64,000 bases of DNA, taken from the NCBI GenBank assembly GCA_049860595.1, contig CP187551.1; one strand, written 5' to 3'. Position numbers and translations under genes: made by a program. The DNA comes from Methanocaldococcus sp. 16A (GTDB lineage: Archaea; AGJL01; Methanococci; Methanococcales; Methanocaldococcaceae). Shown one piece after another: positions 20,210-31,378 of the stretch (positions within the stretch are counted from its first letter, which is position 1; each line of letters begins with the position of its first letter). The notes below the pieces were generated by a model. That model was not told the DNA's origin. It saw only the letters and a list, made by a program, of their open reading frames with translations, and did no database searches.

Positions 20210-21715
20210 TTACTGTTTCTTTTCATTTTTTTCGTTTTCTTTCATAATTTGGGAGATATACATTGTTAAACCACCAACTACAGCAGCAATCTTTTTGTTC
20301 TTTTCAAATACCTTCTCTGATACAACACTGTATAAATCTCTTGATTCTAGGGTATATTGGACCATTTTCTTTTTCAATTTTTCCATATTTTGCTCAACAT
20401 AGTGAGTTGAGATATTTCCTTTCAAAAAGTTCTCTTCCTCTAAAACAGCCCTGTGGAATGGGATGTTTGTTGTTACTCCAACAATAACATACTCTTTTAA
20501 AGCTCTTCTCATCCTTGCTATAGCCTCTTCCCTACTATTTCCATAAGTTATTAATTTAGCTATCATAGGGTCATAGTATGGAGGAATCTCTGCCCCTCCG
20601 CAGACACCACTATCTATCCTAACTCCCGGCCCTCCTGGAGACCTATATAACTTTATTTTTCCAGGACATGGGACGAAGTCATTTAATGGGTCTTCTGCAT
20701 TTATTCTACATTCAATAGCATGCCCTCTTATCTTAACATCTTCTTGCTTTATACTTAGCTCTTCTCCTGCTGCTATTTTAATCATTGCCTTAACTAAATC
20801 AATTCCAGTAACTTGCTCTGTAACTGTATGCTCAACTTGAATCCTTGTGTTCATCTCTAAGAAGTAGAAATTACCGTTTTCATATAAAAACTCAACAGTT
20901 CCTGCGCTATCATAATTTATTGCCTTACCTGCTTTGATTGCAGCCTCCCCCATCCTTTCTCTTAACTCTTCAGTCATTATTGGGGATGGAGCTTCTTCAA
21001 TTAATTTTTGATGTCTTCTTTGAATAGAACACTCTCTATCTCCTAAATGAATAATATTTCCATGCTTATCCCCCAATAACTGAATTTCAATGTGTCTAGG
21101 ATTCTCTAAGTATTTTTCAATAAACACTGTTGGGTCGCCAAATGCACTCTTTGCTATATTTCTTGCGGATTCCATAACTTCTTTTAACTCTTCTTTGTTA
21201 TAGGCGACACTCATTCCCATTCCGCCACCGCCAGCAGATGCTTTAACAACAACAGGAAATCCTATCTCTTCAGCAATTTCTATTGCCTCATCTACATCTT
21301 CAACAGCACCCTCACTACCAGGAATTAAAGGCACACCAGCTTTTTTCATAATTTTTTTAGCATTAATCTTACTTCCCATAGCCTCTATAGCATCAGGATT
21401 AGGTCCAATAAATTCAAAACCTGCCTTTTTAACAGCCCTAGCAAATTCAGCATTTTCAGCTAAAAATCCATATCCAGGATGAATAGCATCAACTTTTGCC
21501 TTTTCAGCAACATTTAGAATAGCATCGATATTTAAATAGCTTTTAGCTGCTGGAGCTTTTCCTATACAATAAGCTTCATCGGCTAAAGAAACATGTAAAG
21601 CTCTTTTATCTGCCTCAGAATAAACAGCTACAGTTTTTATTCCAAGCTCCCAACATGCCCTTATAATTCTAATAGCTATCTCTCCCCTATTTGCAATTAA
21701 AACTTTATTGAACAT
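20210..21715 (-). CDS. pycA: Pyruvate carboxylase subunit A (biotin carboxylase)
   Basis: [39 protein letters not shown]. Confidence 0.96.
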   Translation of the reverse strand: MFNKVLIANRGEIAIRIIRACWELGIKTVAVYSEADKRALHVSLADEAYCIGKAPAAKSYLNIDAILNVAEKAKVDAIHPGYGFLAENAEFARAVKKAGFEFIGPNPDAIEAMGSKINAKKIMKKAGVPLIPGSEGAVEDVDEAIEIAEEIGFPVVVKASAGGGGMGMSVAYNKEELKEVMESARNIAKSAFGDPTVFIEKYLENPRHIEIQLLGDKHGNIIHLGDRECSIQRRHQKLIEEAPSPIMTEELRERMGEAAIKAGKAINYDSAGTVEFLYENGNFYFLEMNTRIQVEHTVTEQVTGIDLVKAMIKIAAGEELSIKQEDVKIRGHAIECRINAEDPLNDFVPCPGKIKLYRSPGGPGVRIDSGVCGGAEIPPYYDPMIAKLITYGNSREEAIARMRRALKEYVIVGVTTNIPFHRAVLEEENFLKGNISTHYVEQNMEKLKKKMVQYTLESRDLYSVVSEKVFEKNKKIAAVVGGLTMYISQIMKENEKNEKKQ

Positions 21716-21789
21716 GTTTTCACCACAAAACGAGTTTATATTTTAAAATTATTTAATAAAATCTAAGAGACAAAAAAGTTTGTTTAATG

Positions 21790-23493
21790 TTATTTAATAA
21801 TCATAATTACATCCCCAACATTCACAGCATCTCCTTCATCAATTAATATCTTCTCAACAGTTCCTTCAACAGGGCTTTCTATTGGATGTTCCATCTTCAT
21901 AGCTTCCAATACAACAATTATATCTCCTTTCTTAACTTTATCCCCTTCTTTAACTTTAATCTTGGTCACCATTCCTCTAAATGGTGAGGTTACAGCCCCT
22001 TCTATTTCTGCAGTTACAATCTCTTTCTTTCTCTTTAATTCAGTACCAATCTTTGGTTCTACCTTAACTTCAAACTTCTCTCCATCAACTTCTACAATAT
22101 ACTCTGTTGGAATCTCTAAAATCTTTCCAATATCTTTCTCTTTTGGTATTGGCTCAGGTTTTAACTCTCCTCTTAAGAACTTAACGGCTATTTGTGGATA
22201 TAATGCATAGGTTAATATATCCTCTTCCTTCTTTACAATTCCCTTTTCTTCTGCTTCTTTCTTAACCTTTTCCCACTCTGGTTCTAACAAATCAGCAGGT
22301 CTGCATGTTATTGGTTTTTCTCCTTCATCTAAAACTCTCTTCAACAACTCTGGGTTTATTGGGGCAGGAGGCTTTCCATAAAAGCCTTTCACATAATTAA
22401 CTACTTCGTTTGTTATAATCTTATATCTCTCTTCAGTTAAAACATTCAAGACAGCCTGAGTTCCGACAATTTGGGATGTTGGTGTAACTAATGGTGGATA
22501 TCCTAAATCCTTTCTAACTCTTGGAATTTCTTTTAAAACATCTTCAAGCTTATCCAAAGCTCCTTGTTCTTTAAGCTGTGAAACTAAGTTTGATAACATC
22601 CCTCCAGGGACTTGATATACCAAAACTCTCGCATCTACTATCTGAGATATTGGAGAAAATAGCATCTTATATTTCTCTCTAACTTTCATGAAGTAATCTC
22701 TAATCTCATTCAACAACTTTAAGTCTAAGCCAGTATCATATTTAGTTCCTTTTAAAGCAACAACAATACTTTCTGTTGGAGGTTGTGATGTTCCCATAGC
22801 AAATGGTGATATGGCACAATCTACCATATCAGCTCCAGCTTCTATAACCTTTAAATAAGTCATTGGTGCCAAACCACTTGTGCAATGACTGTGAACACCT
22901 ACAGGAACTGAAACCTCTTCCTTCAATCTTTTGACTAATTCATATCCTTCATAAGGTGTTAAAAGTCCAGCCATATCTTTAATGTATATTGTATCACAAC
23001 CCATTTCTTCCAATTTTTTTGCTAACTCTACATACTGGTCAATTGTATGGACAGGACTTATTGTATAGCTTATAGCTCCCTGAACTTCAGCCCCAACTTT
23101 CTTAGCTGTTTTTATTGCAGTTTCCATATTTCTTACATCGTTTAAAGCATCAAAAATCCTAAAAATGTCAATCCCATTCTCATGAGCTTTTATAACAAAC
23201 TTCTCTACAATATCATCTGGGTAATGTCTATAACCAACTAAGTTTTGCCCCCTTAAAAGCATCTGTAATGGAGTGTTTTGTATTCTCTTTTTTAAAGCCC
23301 TTAACCTCTCCCAAGGGTCTTCATTTAAATATCTTATACATGCATCAAAAGTAGCTCCTCCCCAAACTTCCATAGAATAAAAGCCCACTTCATCCATCTT
23401 TTCTGCTATAGGAAGCATATCCTCAGTTCTCATTCTTGTAGCTATCAATGATTGTTGTGCATCTCTAAAAGTAGTGTCTATAATCTTAACCAT
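21790..23493 (-). CDS. pycB: Pyruvate carboxylase subunit B (carboxyltransferase + biotin carrier)
   Basis: RDAQQSL, EVWGGATFD, HSH, VTPTSQIVG, EAMKM biotinylation site. Confidence 0.96.
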   Translation of the reverse strand: MVKIIDTTFRDAQQSLIATRMRTEDMLPIAEKMDEVGFYSMEVWGGATFDACIRYLNEDPWERLRALKKRIQNTPLQMLLRGQNLVGYRHYPDDIVEKFVIKAHENGIDIFRIFDALNDVRNMETAIKTAKKVGAEVQGAISYTISPVHTIDQYVELAKKLEEMGCDTIYIKDMAGLLTPYEGYELVKRLKEEVSVPVGVHSHCTSGLAPMTYLKVIEAGADMVDCAISPFAMGTSQPPTESIVVALKGTKYDTGLDLKLLNEIRDYFMKVREKYKMLFSPISQIVDARVLVYQVPGGMLSNLVSQLKEQGALDKLEDVLKEIPRVRKDLGYPPLVTPTSQIVGTQAVLNVLTEERYKIITNEVVNYVKGFYGKPPAPINPELLKRVLDEGEKPITCRPADLLEPEWEKVKKEAEEKGIVKKEEDILTYALYPQIAVKFLRGELKPEPIPKEKDIGKILEIPTEYIVEVDGEKFEVKVEPKIGTELKRKKEIVTAEIEGAVTSPFRGMVTKIKVKEGDKVKKGDIIVVLEAMKMEHPIESPVEGTVEKILIDEGDAVNVGDVIMIIK

Positions 23494-23708
23494 GGTTATC
23501 CCTCACAAGTATTTATTTTAGTTTTTAAAATAGGCACTGCCAAATAAAAACATGGCAGTGCATGTCCCATATCAATAAGAGGATTATTAATTTTATAATT
23601 TAACCATAGTCATCCCTCATCAAAAATTATATTGTATAAAATCTAAAGATTTAAAGATAACATTAAGTTTAAATTAATTGATACAAAAAATCTTTACTTA
23701 ACCATAGT
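23486..23708 (-). promoter_or_regulatory. pycB leader with repeated start-site motifs and a 9-bp hairpin
   Basis: TTAACCATRGT at 23486, 23600, 23698; GCACTGCCA/TGGCAGTGC at 23534-23561. Confidence 0.55.
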
Positions 23709-23751
23709 GTGGTATTGATTGAAATAATATATATGTTTTACTTATGTGTTA

Positions 23752-24642
23752 TTAGATATGAAAATTTTCTGGAAATTTTCCGCTGATAATCTTTAATATA
23801 TCTGTTCTTGTTATAATACCAACAATTTTATTGTTATCATCAACTATAACCAACCTACCAACGTTATTTTTATTCATAATTTTTAATGCTTCGTATATTT
23901 TTTCATCTTTATGTATTGTTAAAACATTTTTACTCATAACCTCTCCAACTTTTTTATCAATATTTTCTATATTTTCAGCAATATCATGTAAGCTAATTAT
24001 TCCAACTAAATTATCGTTATCAACAACTGGAGCCCCACTAATATTTTTTTCAGCAAGTAACTTAGCCGTTTCTTTTAAAGTATTATTTGGACTTACGGTA
24101 TAAACTTTTTTAATTCCAACGTCTCCAACTTTTATATTTGGAATACTTGAAACACCCAAAACATCTATTAATAAAATTCTATGTATATCGTCTCTTCCAA
24201 TAACCTTTCCATTGATGATAATTTTGTTATGATAAGTAGGTCCAACTCTAATAATATCTCCAATATTGAAATGCTTAGTATCCCCTTCAATGTGTATCTT
24301 TGAGGAGCAGTATTTTTCATGTGAAACTGTGTCAAACTCTATTTTTACAACCTTAACTCCTTCAATTTTTATTCCATCTTTATAGATTGGCACTATTATT
24401 TCCCCTTCATCCCCCAATCCTAAAGCTCTATATGCCTTACTTGTTGGAACATATCCTCCTTTAGGTCCAGGAACACCATCAACTAAATCTAATGCTCTTA
24501 AAGCTTGCATTTGGTTTCTTATGGTTCCAGGATTTCTATTTAATCTTAAAGCAATTTCAGTACCTTTTATTGGGCGATTTTTTTCTCTGTAGAGGTTTAT
24601 GAGTTCTTGCAATATTTCCCTTTGCACAACCGTTAGTTCCAT
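23752..24642 (-). CDS. Winged-HTH + CBS-pair transcriptional regulator
   Basis: N-terminal EIA..LNRNPGTIRNQMQAL..L.LV.G.PGPKGGY; two C-terminal CBS repeats. Confidence 0.88.
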   Translation of the reverse strand: MELTVVQREILQELINLYREKNRPIKGTEIALRLNRNPGTIRNQMQALRALDLVDGVPGPKGGYVPTSKAYRALGLGDEGEIIVPIYKDGIKIEGVKVVKIEFDTVSHEKYCSSKIHIEGDTKHFNIGDIIRVGPTYHNKIIINGKVIGRDDIHRILLIDVLGVSSIPNIKVGDVGIKKVYTVSPNNTLKETAKLLAEKNISGAPVVDNDNLVGIISLHDIAENIENIDKKVGEVMSKNVLTIHKDEKIYEALKIMNKNNVGRLVIVDDNNKIVGIITRTDILKIISGKFPENFHI

Positions 24643-24753
24643 AAAAACCCCCTTATTAGAAATACTAATGATTATAAATTATAATAGATTATTGACATCC
24701 ATGATAAATATTTATGGCAATAAAATAAATATATAGTTATCGATTTAATTCAA

Positions 24754-24886
24754 TAGAACTTTTGCATAAATAGATATTAAAAAGACATAATTGTCTAAAT
24801 GCATTTATTATATTTAATATTAAGGAAGTTTTGGAGCCTTAGGCATCATTTTTTCCTTATTAAGTATATAAACTGCGAAAGTCCCA
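24754..24886. mobile_element. MITE-like repeat copy 2
   Basis: TAGAACTTTTGCA ... TGCGAAAGTCCCA; internal GCCTTAGGCATC. Confidence 0.6.
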
Positions 24887-24909
24887 TTCAAAATATATAG
24901 GTAGAGATT

Positions 24910-25749
24910 ATGAACTACATAACATCAAAAATAGCTAAGGAGATTTTGAACTCAAAATCTAATGAGATTTTTTTGAATTTAGATTTAAATAAAACAGAAA
25001 AGAAAGAAAAAATAATAATAGATAGAGATAATAATATAGTCAAATTTCCTGAGGGAGATGTTAGCTTTGAGATTTTAAAGAAGATTGCTAAGGATGAGGG
25101 GCACATATATTTTATAAAAGATGGGGAAGTTTTTAAAGCTGCAATATCAAATAGCGGCTATTACAAATTAGTTCCAACAATTCCACCAACTATTGAGATA
25201 AATGGAATAAGGATGCACAGAACTAAGGAAGTTAATCCATATGAAGATACACAAAATAAGATAAACTCTGTAAAAGTAAAAAAAGGAGAGAAAGTTTTAG
25301 ATACTTGCATGGGTTTAGGATATACTGCTATAGAGGCATATAAAAGAGGGGCTGAAGTTATAACAATAGAAAAAAATCCAAATGTATTAGAGTTGGCTAA
25401 GATAAACCCATATAGTGAAGAGCTGTTTAAAGGAAATATTAAGATTATTTTAGGAGATGCTTATGAAGTTATAAAAACTTTTAAAGATGAAGAGTTTGAT
25501 GTTGTTATTCACGACCCTCCAAGGTTTAGCTTGGCAGGGCATCTATATAGTGAAGAGTTTTATAAAGAGATTTTTAGAGTCTTAAAGCCTGGAGGAAGAT
25601 TATTTCATTATGTAGGTAATCCAGGAAAGAAGTATAAAGGAAAGGATTTACAAAAAGGAGTAATGGAAAGGTTGAGGAAAGTTGGATTTGTAAATGTTAG
25701 AAGAGTGGAAAAAGCATTGGGCGTTGTAGCTATAAAACCAAAAGAATAA
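24910..25749 (+). CDS. Class I SAM-dependent methyltransferase (archaeal, COG2521-like)
   Basis: VLDTCMGLGYTA, IEKN, GDA, HDPPRF, LKPGG. Confidence 0.85.
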   Translation: MNYITSKIAKEILNSKSNEIFLNLDLNKTEKKEKIIIDRDNNIVKFPEGDVSFEILKKIAKDEGHIYFIKDGEVFKAAISNSGYYKLVPTIPPTIEINGIRMHRTKEVNPYEDTQNKINSVKVKKGEKVLDTCMGLGYTAIEAYKRGAEVITIEKNPNVLELAKINPYSEELFKGNIKIILGDAYEVIKTFKDEEFDVVIHDPPRFSLAGHLYSEEFYKEIFRVLKPGGRLFHYVGNPGKKYKGKDLQKGVMERLRKVGFVNVRRVEKALGVVAIKPKE

Positions 25750-25753
25750 TTAT

Positions 25754-27046
25754 TTATTTCCAATGTTCTAAAGCCTTTTTTAATTCTGCAACTTCTTCTG
25801 CTTTTTCTTCTAAAGATTTTTTCTCCATAACTGCCTCAATAGCAGCTCTCATTGCCTTAGCTCCAGCTGTAGTTCCATCTGGATGTCCGTGAATCCCTCC
25901 CCCTGCTTGAATAATTAAATCTGTGCCTAAAATCTCAACTATTTGTGGTACTAATCTTGGATGAACCCCTCCAGAAGATACTGGGAATACTGGTTTAATA
26001 TCAAACCACATCTGATTAAAGAACTTATGCTCATTATCTGCCTCAACTTTTTCATAAACAATCTCATCTCTAATTGCTTTAACCTCTTTTTCTTCACCTT
26101 CCATTTTTCCAACAACTGTTCCTATATGCAATTGGTCAACTCCCAACAACCTATAAATTTTAGCTAATACAAGCATAGATATTCCAAAATCTTTACTTCT
26201 TGTCATTGCTGCATGCATAGCTCTATGAGCGTGGATTATAAATTTGAAATCCTCTTCTCTAAATGATTGAACTGCTGAGAATCCACAAACAACGACATCT
26301 ATCATCACGTACTCACTTCCAGCATCTTCAGCAATTTCAGCCCTCTTTATCATCTCCCTATATGGAGCTGTTATATTTGGCATATATGCCTTTCTTTCTC
26401 CTGTTTCCTCTTCAGCTTTATCTCTCATCTCTAAGGTTTTATAAATTCTATCTTCAAATTTGTTGAATTCTTGAGAGGTTAAATTCTCATCATCTTTAAC
26501 AATATCTACCCCTCCAACCCACGCTTCATAAGCTACCTTTGCATGCTCTTCTGTCTTTAAACCAACCTTTGGCTTAACTATGGTTCCTAATAAAGGTCTC
26601 TCCTTAATTTTTAAAGTTTCTCTAACCCCATCAATTCCAAATCTTGGACCTTTATAGGCTTTGACAAACTCTTCTGGAAATCTAAAGTCCAATATCCTTA
26701 AACCTTTAGCTATCTTCATTCCAAATATGTTTCCTGCAATTCCTGCCAAAACTCCTGGCATGTTGTTTATTTCAAAATCATACAATGGATATGCAATTTT
26801 TATTAATCCAACTTTGTATTCCCCCTCTTTGTCAATCTCTTTAATTTCATATACTTTTGGTCTTAATTTTTCATAAATATCGCTTTTCATTGTTTGAACT
26901 TTTGTCCATGTTCCAATAGAACTTTCACCAGCAATTTCATTTGCCAATTTTTCTAAGTTTTCACCTTTAATTATCATACAAGACAATAAGTCATTTTCAT
27001 TTGGTGTGTAGTTTAAATTTATATAGTCCATAATATAACCCCCCAC
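25754..27046 (-). CDS. rbcL: Form III RuBisCO large subunit
   Basis: GESSIGTW, GTIVKPKVGL, catalytic GVDIVKDDE, HAHRAMH, GKMEG, GGGIHGHP. Confidence 0.96.
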   Translation of the reverse strand: MGGYIMDYINLNYTPNENDLLSCMIIKGENLEKLANEIAGESSIGTWTKVQTMKSDIYEKLRPKVYEIKEIDKEGEYKVGLIKIAYPLYDFEINNMPGVLAGIAGNIFGMKIAKGLRILDFRFPEEFVKAYKGPRFGIDGVRETLKIKERPLLGTIVKPKVGLKTEEHAKVAYEAWVGGVDIVKDDENLTSQEFNKFEDRIYKTLEMRDKAEEETGERKAYMPNITAPYREMIKRAEIAEDAGSEYVMIDVVVCGFSAVQSFREEDFKFIIHAHRAMHAAMTRSKDFGISMLVLAKIYRLLGVDQLHIGTVVGKMEGEEKEVKAIRDEIVYEKVEADNEHKFFNQMWFDIKPVFPVSSGGVHPRLVPQIVEILGTDLIIQAGGGIHGHPDGTTAGAKAMRAAIEAVMEKKSLEEKAEEVAELKKALEHWK

Positions 27047-27214
27047 ATTGTTATCAATTATTTCATAATATTATTTTATTGACAACATTATATAAATACA
27101 TAGAGGCTGAAAACATTTAAAATGAAAGAAACAAATGTATAGTTAAGATAATATTCAAACTTTAAAATATCTTTTTATTTTTGTAGTGATTAAGATTTTT
27201 CAGCAGGTGAGATT

Positions 27215-28609
27215 ATGTTTATCAATGGGAAGTGGATAGACAGGGAAGATATAGATGTTATTAACCCATATTCATTAGAAGTTATTAAAAAAATCCCTGC
27301 TTTAAGTAGAGAGGAGGTTAAAGAAGCTATAGATACAGCTGAGGAATATAAAGAAGTTATGAAAAACCTCTCCATAACCAAAAGATATAACATCTTAATG
27401 AATATTGCCAAACAAATTAAAGAAAAGAAAGAGGAACTTGCTAAAATATTGGCTATAGATGCAGGAAAACCAATAAAACAGGCAAGAGTAGAGGTTGAAA
27501 GAAGTATTGGAACATTTAAATTAGCCGCTTTTTATGTTAAAGAGTTTAGAGATGAGGTAATCCCATCAGATGATAAATTAATTTTTACAAAGAGAGAGCC
27601 AGTTGGTATAGTGGGGGCTATAACACCATTCAATTTCCCTCTAAATTTATCAGCTCACAAGATAGCTCCAGCTATAGCTACTGGGAATGTTATTGTTCAT
27701 CATCCATCATCAAAATCTCCTCTTGTTTGCATAGAGTTAGCTAAAATTATAGAAAATGCTTTAAAGAAATATAACGTCCCATTGGGTGTTTATAATTTGC
27801 TAACAGGGGCTGGGGAGGTTGTTGGAGATGAAATAGTTGTTAATGAGAAGGTTAATATGATATCTTTTACTGGAAGTGTTAAAGTTGGAGAGATGATAAC
27901 TAAAAAAGCAGCTGGGTTTAAAAAAATTACCTTAGAATTGGGAGGGGTTAATCCAAATATTGTATTAAAAGATGCTAATTTAGAAAGAGCTGTTAATTCT
28001 TTAATAAAAGGAAGCTTTATTTACGCTGGGCAGGTTTGCATCTCTGTGGGGATGATTTTAGTTGATGAGAGTATAGTAGATAAGTTTATAGAGATGTTTG
28101 TAAATAAAGCCAAAGAACTTAATGTAGGAAATCCATTGGATGAGAAAACTGATGTTGGGCCATTAATAAGTGTTGAACATGCGGAATGGGTAGAAAAAAT
28201 TGTAGAAAAAGCAATTGATGAAGGAGGAAAATTGCTTTTAGGAGGAAAAAGAGATAAAGCTCTCTTTTATCCAACAATATTGGAAGTTGATAGAGACAAC
28301 ATTCTATGCAAAACTGAAACTTTTGCTCCAGTAATTCCAATAATTAGAGCTACTGAAGAGGAAATGATTGATATAGCCAACAGCACAGAATATGGGTTGC
28401 ATTCAGCAGTATTTACCAATGATATTAATAAAGCTTTAAAATTTGCTGAGCATTTGGAATTTGGAGGAGTAGTTATAAATGATTCATCATTATTTAGGCA
28501 AGATAATATGCCATTTGGAGGAGTTAAAAAAAGTGGGTTAGGAAGAGAAGGAATTAAATATGCAATAGAAGAGATGAGCGAAATAAAAACAATTATAATT
28601 TCAAAATAA
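27215..28609 (+). CDS. NAD-dependent aldehyde dehydrogenase (lactaldehyde dehydrogenase-like)
   Basis: ITPFNFP, FTGS, LELGG, AGQVCIS, ETFAP, PFGGVKKSG. Confidence 0.9.
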   Translation: MFINGKWIDREDIDVINPYSLEVIKKIPALSREEVKEAIDTAEEYKEVMKNLSITKRYNILMNIAKQIKEKKEELAKILAIDAGKPIKQARVEVERSIGTFKLAAFYVKEFRDEVIPSDDKLIFTKREPVGIVGAITPFNFPLNLSAHKIAPAIATGNVIVHHPSSKSPLVCIELAKIIENALKKYNVPLGVYNLLTGAGEVVGDEIVVNEKVNMISFTGSVKVGEMITKKAAGFKKITLELGGVNPNIVLKDANLERAVNSLIKGSFIYAGQVCISVGMILVDESIVDKFIEMFVNKAKELNVGNPLDEKTDVGPLISVEHAEWVEKIVEKAIDEGGKLLLGGKRDKALFYPTILEVDRDNILCKTETFAPVIPIIRATEEEMIDIANSTEYGLHSAVFTNDINKALKFAEHLEFGGVVINDSSLFRQDNMPFGGVKKSGLGREGIKYAIEEMSEIKTIIISK

Positions 28610-28627
28610 GTTTAATTTGGTGAGACT

Positions 28628-30124
28628 ATGGCTAAGGTAATTGTAAATGGAAAAGAAAAGGTTGGAGAAACTTTAAGAGATGTAATAAAGGATGAATATT
28701 ATAAAGAGGGAACAAATATTGTTATTATAAAAGGAATTAAAAGAGAAGCTGAAAAAATTCCAAAGAAATTTTTAATTAAAACAACTAAGGGGAATATAAC
28801 AATAGCAATAACTGAAGATAATGAAACAGCGAAATTTTTCATAAATAATTACAAAGATTTTGTGAAAAAGCTTAGATGGGTTAGTGGAATAGATTTGGCT
28901 TTTGGTTCAACAACAATTGACTTAGACATTTCAACTGAGCCAAAGGAGTTTAAAAAATGGGATGTTGTTTTAAGTATATCTGGTTTAGATAAAGATGAGG
29001 GGCATATTGTATTTATTAAGAAAAAAACTGAAGGAGTTTATGGATTAAAAGAGCCAAAAATTGGAATTATTGTTGGAGGTAAGTGGGTTATCGATAGATT
29101 GGAAGTTGGAGATAAAATTATTGATATAGAGCCAATTAGAGAGGAGAAAGAGGCCGTTGATTACTTAGTAACTACTGATTTAGATTTAAAATTAGAAGAT
29201 GGCTGGAAGATTTACACTTACTTTACAGTTGAGTTTGATGGAACTCCTTCAGCAGTAGAGCATTGTTTAGCTTTAATGGAGGAAGGAATATTTGAGATTT
29301 CTGAAAATACAAATACTTATGTTGCAGATTGTAGATTACAAACATTAAAAATTGAGGAAGGGAATTTAATTGATAGGGAGAGAGGCTTTATAACAGTAAG
29401 AAATTACGGAGTTGGAGAAGGTAAAGTTTATATCTATAGAGAGAGCAGAAGCTCCTCTCTATCTCATACAGTTGTTGGAAGAGTTAAGGAAGGAATAGAG
29501 CTTATTGATTTCTCTGACTCTGGAATTTTGTCAGTAAAGACAATTCCTGAGAGGTTGTGTGCTATTGGTTTAACTATAGAAGAAGCTGAGGAGATGTTTA
29601 AAAAATACAATATAGAGGTAGAGAAAGAGGGGGATATAGAAAATGCAATTGTTGTTGAGCAAGAGCCAGAATACACCTTAGATGTGTTAAAAGAAAAGAA
29701 AGTTAAAATTAGAGGATTGGATAAGAGTAAAATAGTTGTTATAGAGTTATATGAGGATAAAGCCCCAATAACAACATGGTATTTCAGAAAAACTACTGGA
29801 TTAACAACAAAAAGAGTAGGAAAATTACATGTTTATTTCAAACATAAAGATGTTATAATGTTTAAAGGAAATCCTGAATATGCTAAAGGTTTATTGCCTG
29901 AAAACACACCAACAGATAAAGTTGAACAATGTGTTATTGGAGTAACAAACATGGTTAGTAGGTATAAAGGGATGATTGGCGTTAGATTGGGAGAGAGTGA
30001 GAAATTTGGTCCTACAGGAGAGAGCTTTGAAAAAACAAACATTGTTGGGAAAATAGTTGAAAATGCTGAATATTTAAAAAATGTTAAAAGTGGGGAAGAT
30101 GTTTATTTATTGCTAAAAAAATAA
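28628..30124 (+). CDS. Methanogenesis marker protein 3 (cyclophilin-like domains)
   Basis: [34 protein letters not shown]....FGPTGE.F..TN. Confidence 0.9.
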   Translation: MAKVIVNGKEKVGETLRDVIKDEYYKEGTNIVIIKGIKREAEKIPKKFLIKTTKGNITIAITEDNETAKFFINNYKDFVKKLRWVSGIDLAFGSTTIDLDISTEPKEFKKWDVVLSISGLDKDEGHIVFIKKKTEGVYGLKEPKIGIIVGGKWVIDRLEVGDKIIDIEPIREEKEAVDYLVTTDLDLKLEDGWKIYTYFTVEFDGTPSAVEHCLALMEEGIFEISENTNTYVADCRLQTLKIEEGNLIDRERGFITVRNYGVGEGKVYIYRESRSSSLSHTVVGRVKEGIELIDFSDSGILSVKTIPERLCAIGLTIEEAEEMFKKYNIEVEKEGDIENAIVVEQEPEYTLDVLKEKKVKIRGLDKSKIVVIELYEDKAPITTWYFRKTTGLTTKRVGKLHVYFKHKDVIMFKGNPEYAKGLLPENTPTDKVEQCVIGVTNMVSRYKGMIGVRLGESEKFGPTGESFEKTNIVGKIVENAEYLKNVKSGEDVYLLLKK

Positions 30125-30162
30125 AAATAATTTTTTCTTTTTATACTTTTAATTATTAAATA

Positions 30163-30252
30163 TAGGACTTTCACAAGAATGAATTTTTTATTATTAGTTT
30201 ATAAACTGCTTTAATATATAAAAAGTTGATATATAAACAGTCAAAGTTTCTA
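30163..30252. mobile_element. MITE-like repeat copy 3 (right end degenerate)
   Basis: TAGGACTTTCACA ... TATAAACAGTCAAAGTTTCTA. Confidence 0.5.
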
Positions 30253-30256
30253 AAAG

Positions 30257-31369
30257 GTGAAATTGATGGAATTAACTCCATGGGAAACACCGGCAGTTAT
30301 TGATTATAAAAAAACAATGGAACAATTTGGAGTTAAGCCAATAGCTGATGTTTTGGATAATTTGAAAGAGGAGCATCATTTCTTTAGGAGAAATATTATA
30401 TTGGGGCATAGAGATTTTGGGAGAATAGTTGATGCTATAAAGAATAATAAAGAGTTTGCAGTAGTTAGTGGAATGATGCCTTCTGGAAAAATGCACTTTG
30501 GGCATAAGATGGTGGTAGATTTATTAAAGTTTTATCAAAAATACACTGACAATATAAATATCCCTATAGCTGATTTAGAGGCCTATTGGGCAAGAAACAT
30601 GAGCTTTGAAACAACAAAAGAACTTGCTTTAAATGAATATATAACCAACTACATAGCTTTAGGGTTGGAACCAGAAAAAATTAATGTTTATTTACAGTCA
30701 AAATATCAGAAAGTTAAAGATTTGGCTTTAATTTTATCTAAAAGAACAAATTGGAGTGAAATGAAGGCAATTTATGGATTTAAAGGAGAAACAAATATTG
30801 GACATGTCTTTGCCCCAATAGTTCAAGTTGCAGATATTTTACATCCTCAACTTGATGAAAATTTAAATCCAGAACCAAAACCCGTTGTTGTTCCCGTTGG
30901 AATAGACCAAGACCCGCATATAAGATTAACAAGGGATATCGCAAATAGGGCTAAGGAATTTAACTTCATCCCTCCTTCTTCAACCTATCATAGATTTATG
31001 ACTGGATTGTTAGGAGGAAAAATGAGCTCTTCAAAGCCAGAGACAGCAATTTTTTTAACTGATGATGAAAAAACTGTTAAAAAGAAGATATTCTCAGCTA
31101 AAACTGGAGGAAGGGAAACTTTAGAAGAGCATAAAAAATATGGAGGAATTCCAGAAGAATGTGTAGTTTATGAACTATTCTTATATCACTTAATCTTAGA
31201 TGATAAAGAACTTGCTGATATATATCAAAAATGTAAAAATGGAGAGCTAACTTGTGGTAAATGTAAAAAAATGGCTTATGAAATGGTTGTAGAGTTTTTA
31301 AAAGATTTGAAAGAGAAGAGAGAGCAGGCAAAGGAAATTGCCGTAAAAATCTTAGAAGGAAAGTGTTAA
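30257..31369 (+). CDS. trpS: Tryptophanyl-tRNA synthetase
   Basis: PSGKMHFGH (HIGH), GIDQDPH, KMSSS, TGGR. Confidence 0.96.
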   Translation: MKLMELTPWETPAVIDYKKTMEQFGVKPIADVLDNLKEEHHFFRRNIILGHRDFGRIVDAIKNNKEFAVVSGMMPSGKMHFGHKMVVDLLKFYQKYTDNINIPIADLEAYWARNMSFETTKELALNEYITNYIALGLEPEKINVYLQSKYQKVKDLALILSKRTNWSEMKAIYGFKGETNIGHVFAPIVQVADILHPQLDENLNPEPKPVVVPVGIDQDPHIRLTRDIANRAKEFNFIPPSSTYHRFMTGLLGGKMSSSKPETAIFLTDDEKTVKKKIFSAKTGGRETLEEHKKYGGIPEECVVYELFLYHLILDDKELADIYQKCKNGELTCGKCKKMAYEMVVEFLKDLKEKREQAKEIAVKILEGKC

Positions 31370-31378
31370 AATTTTATT

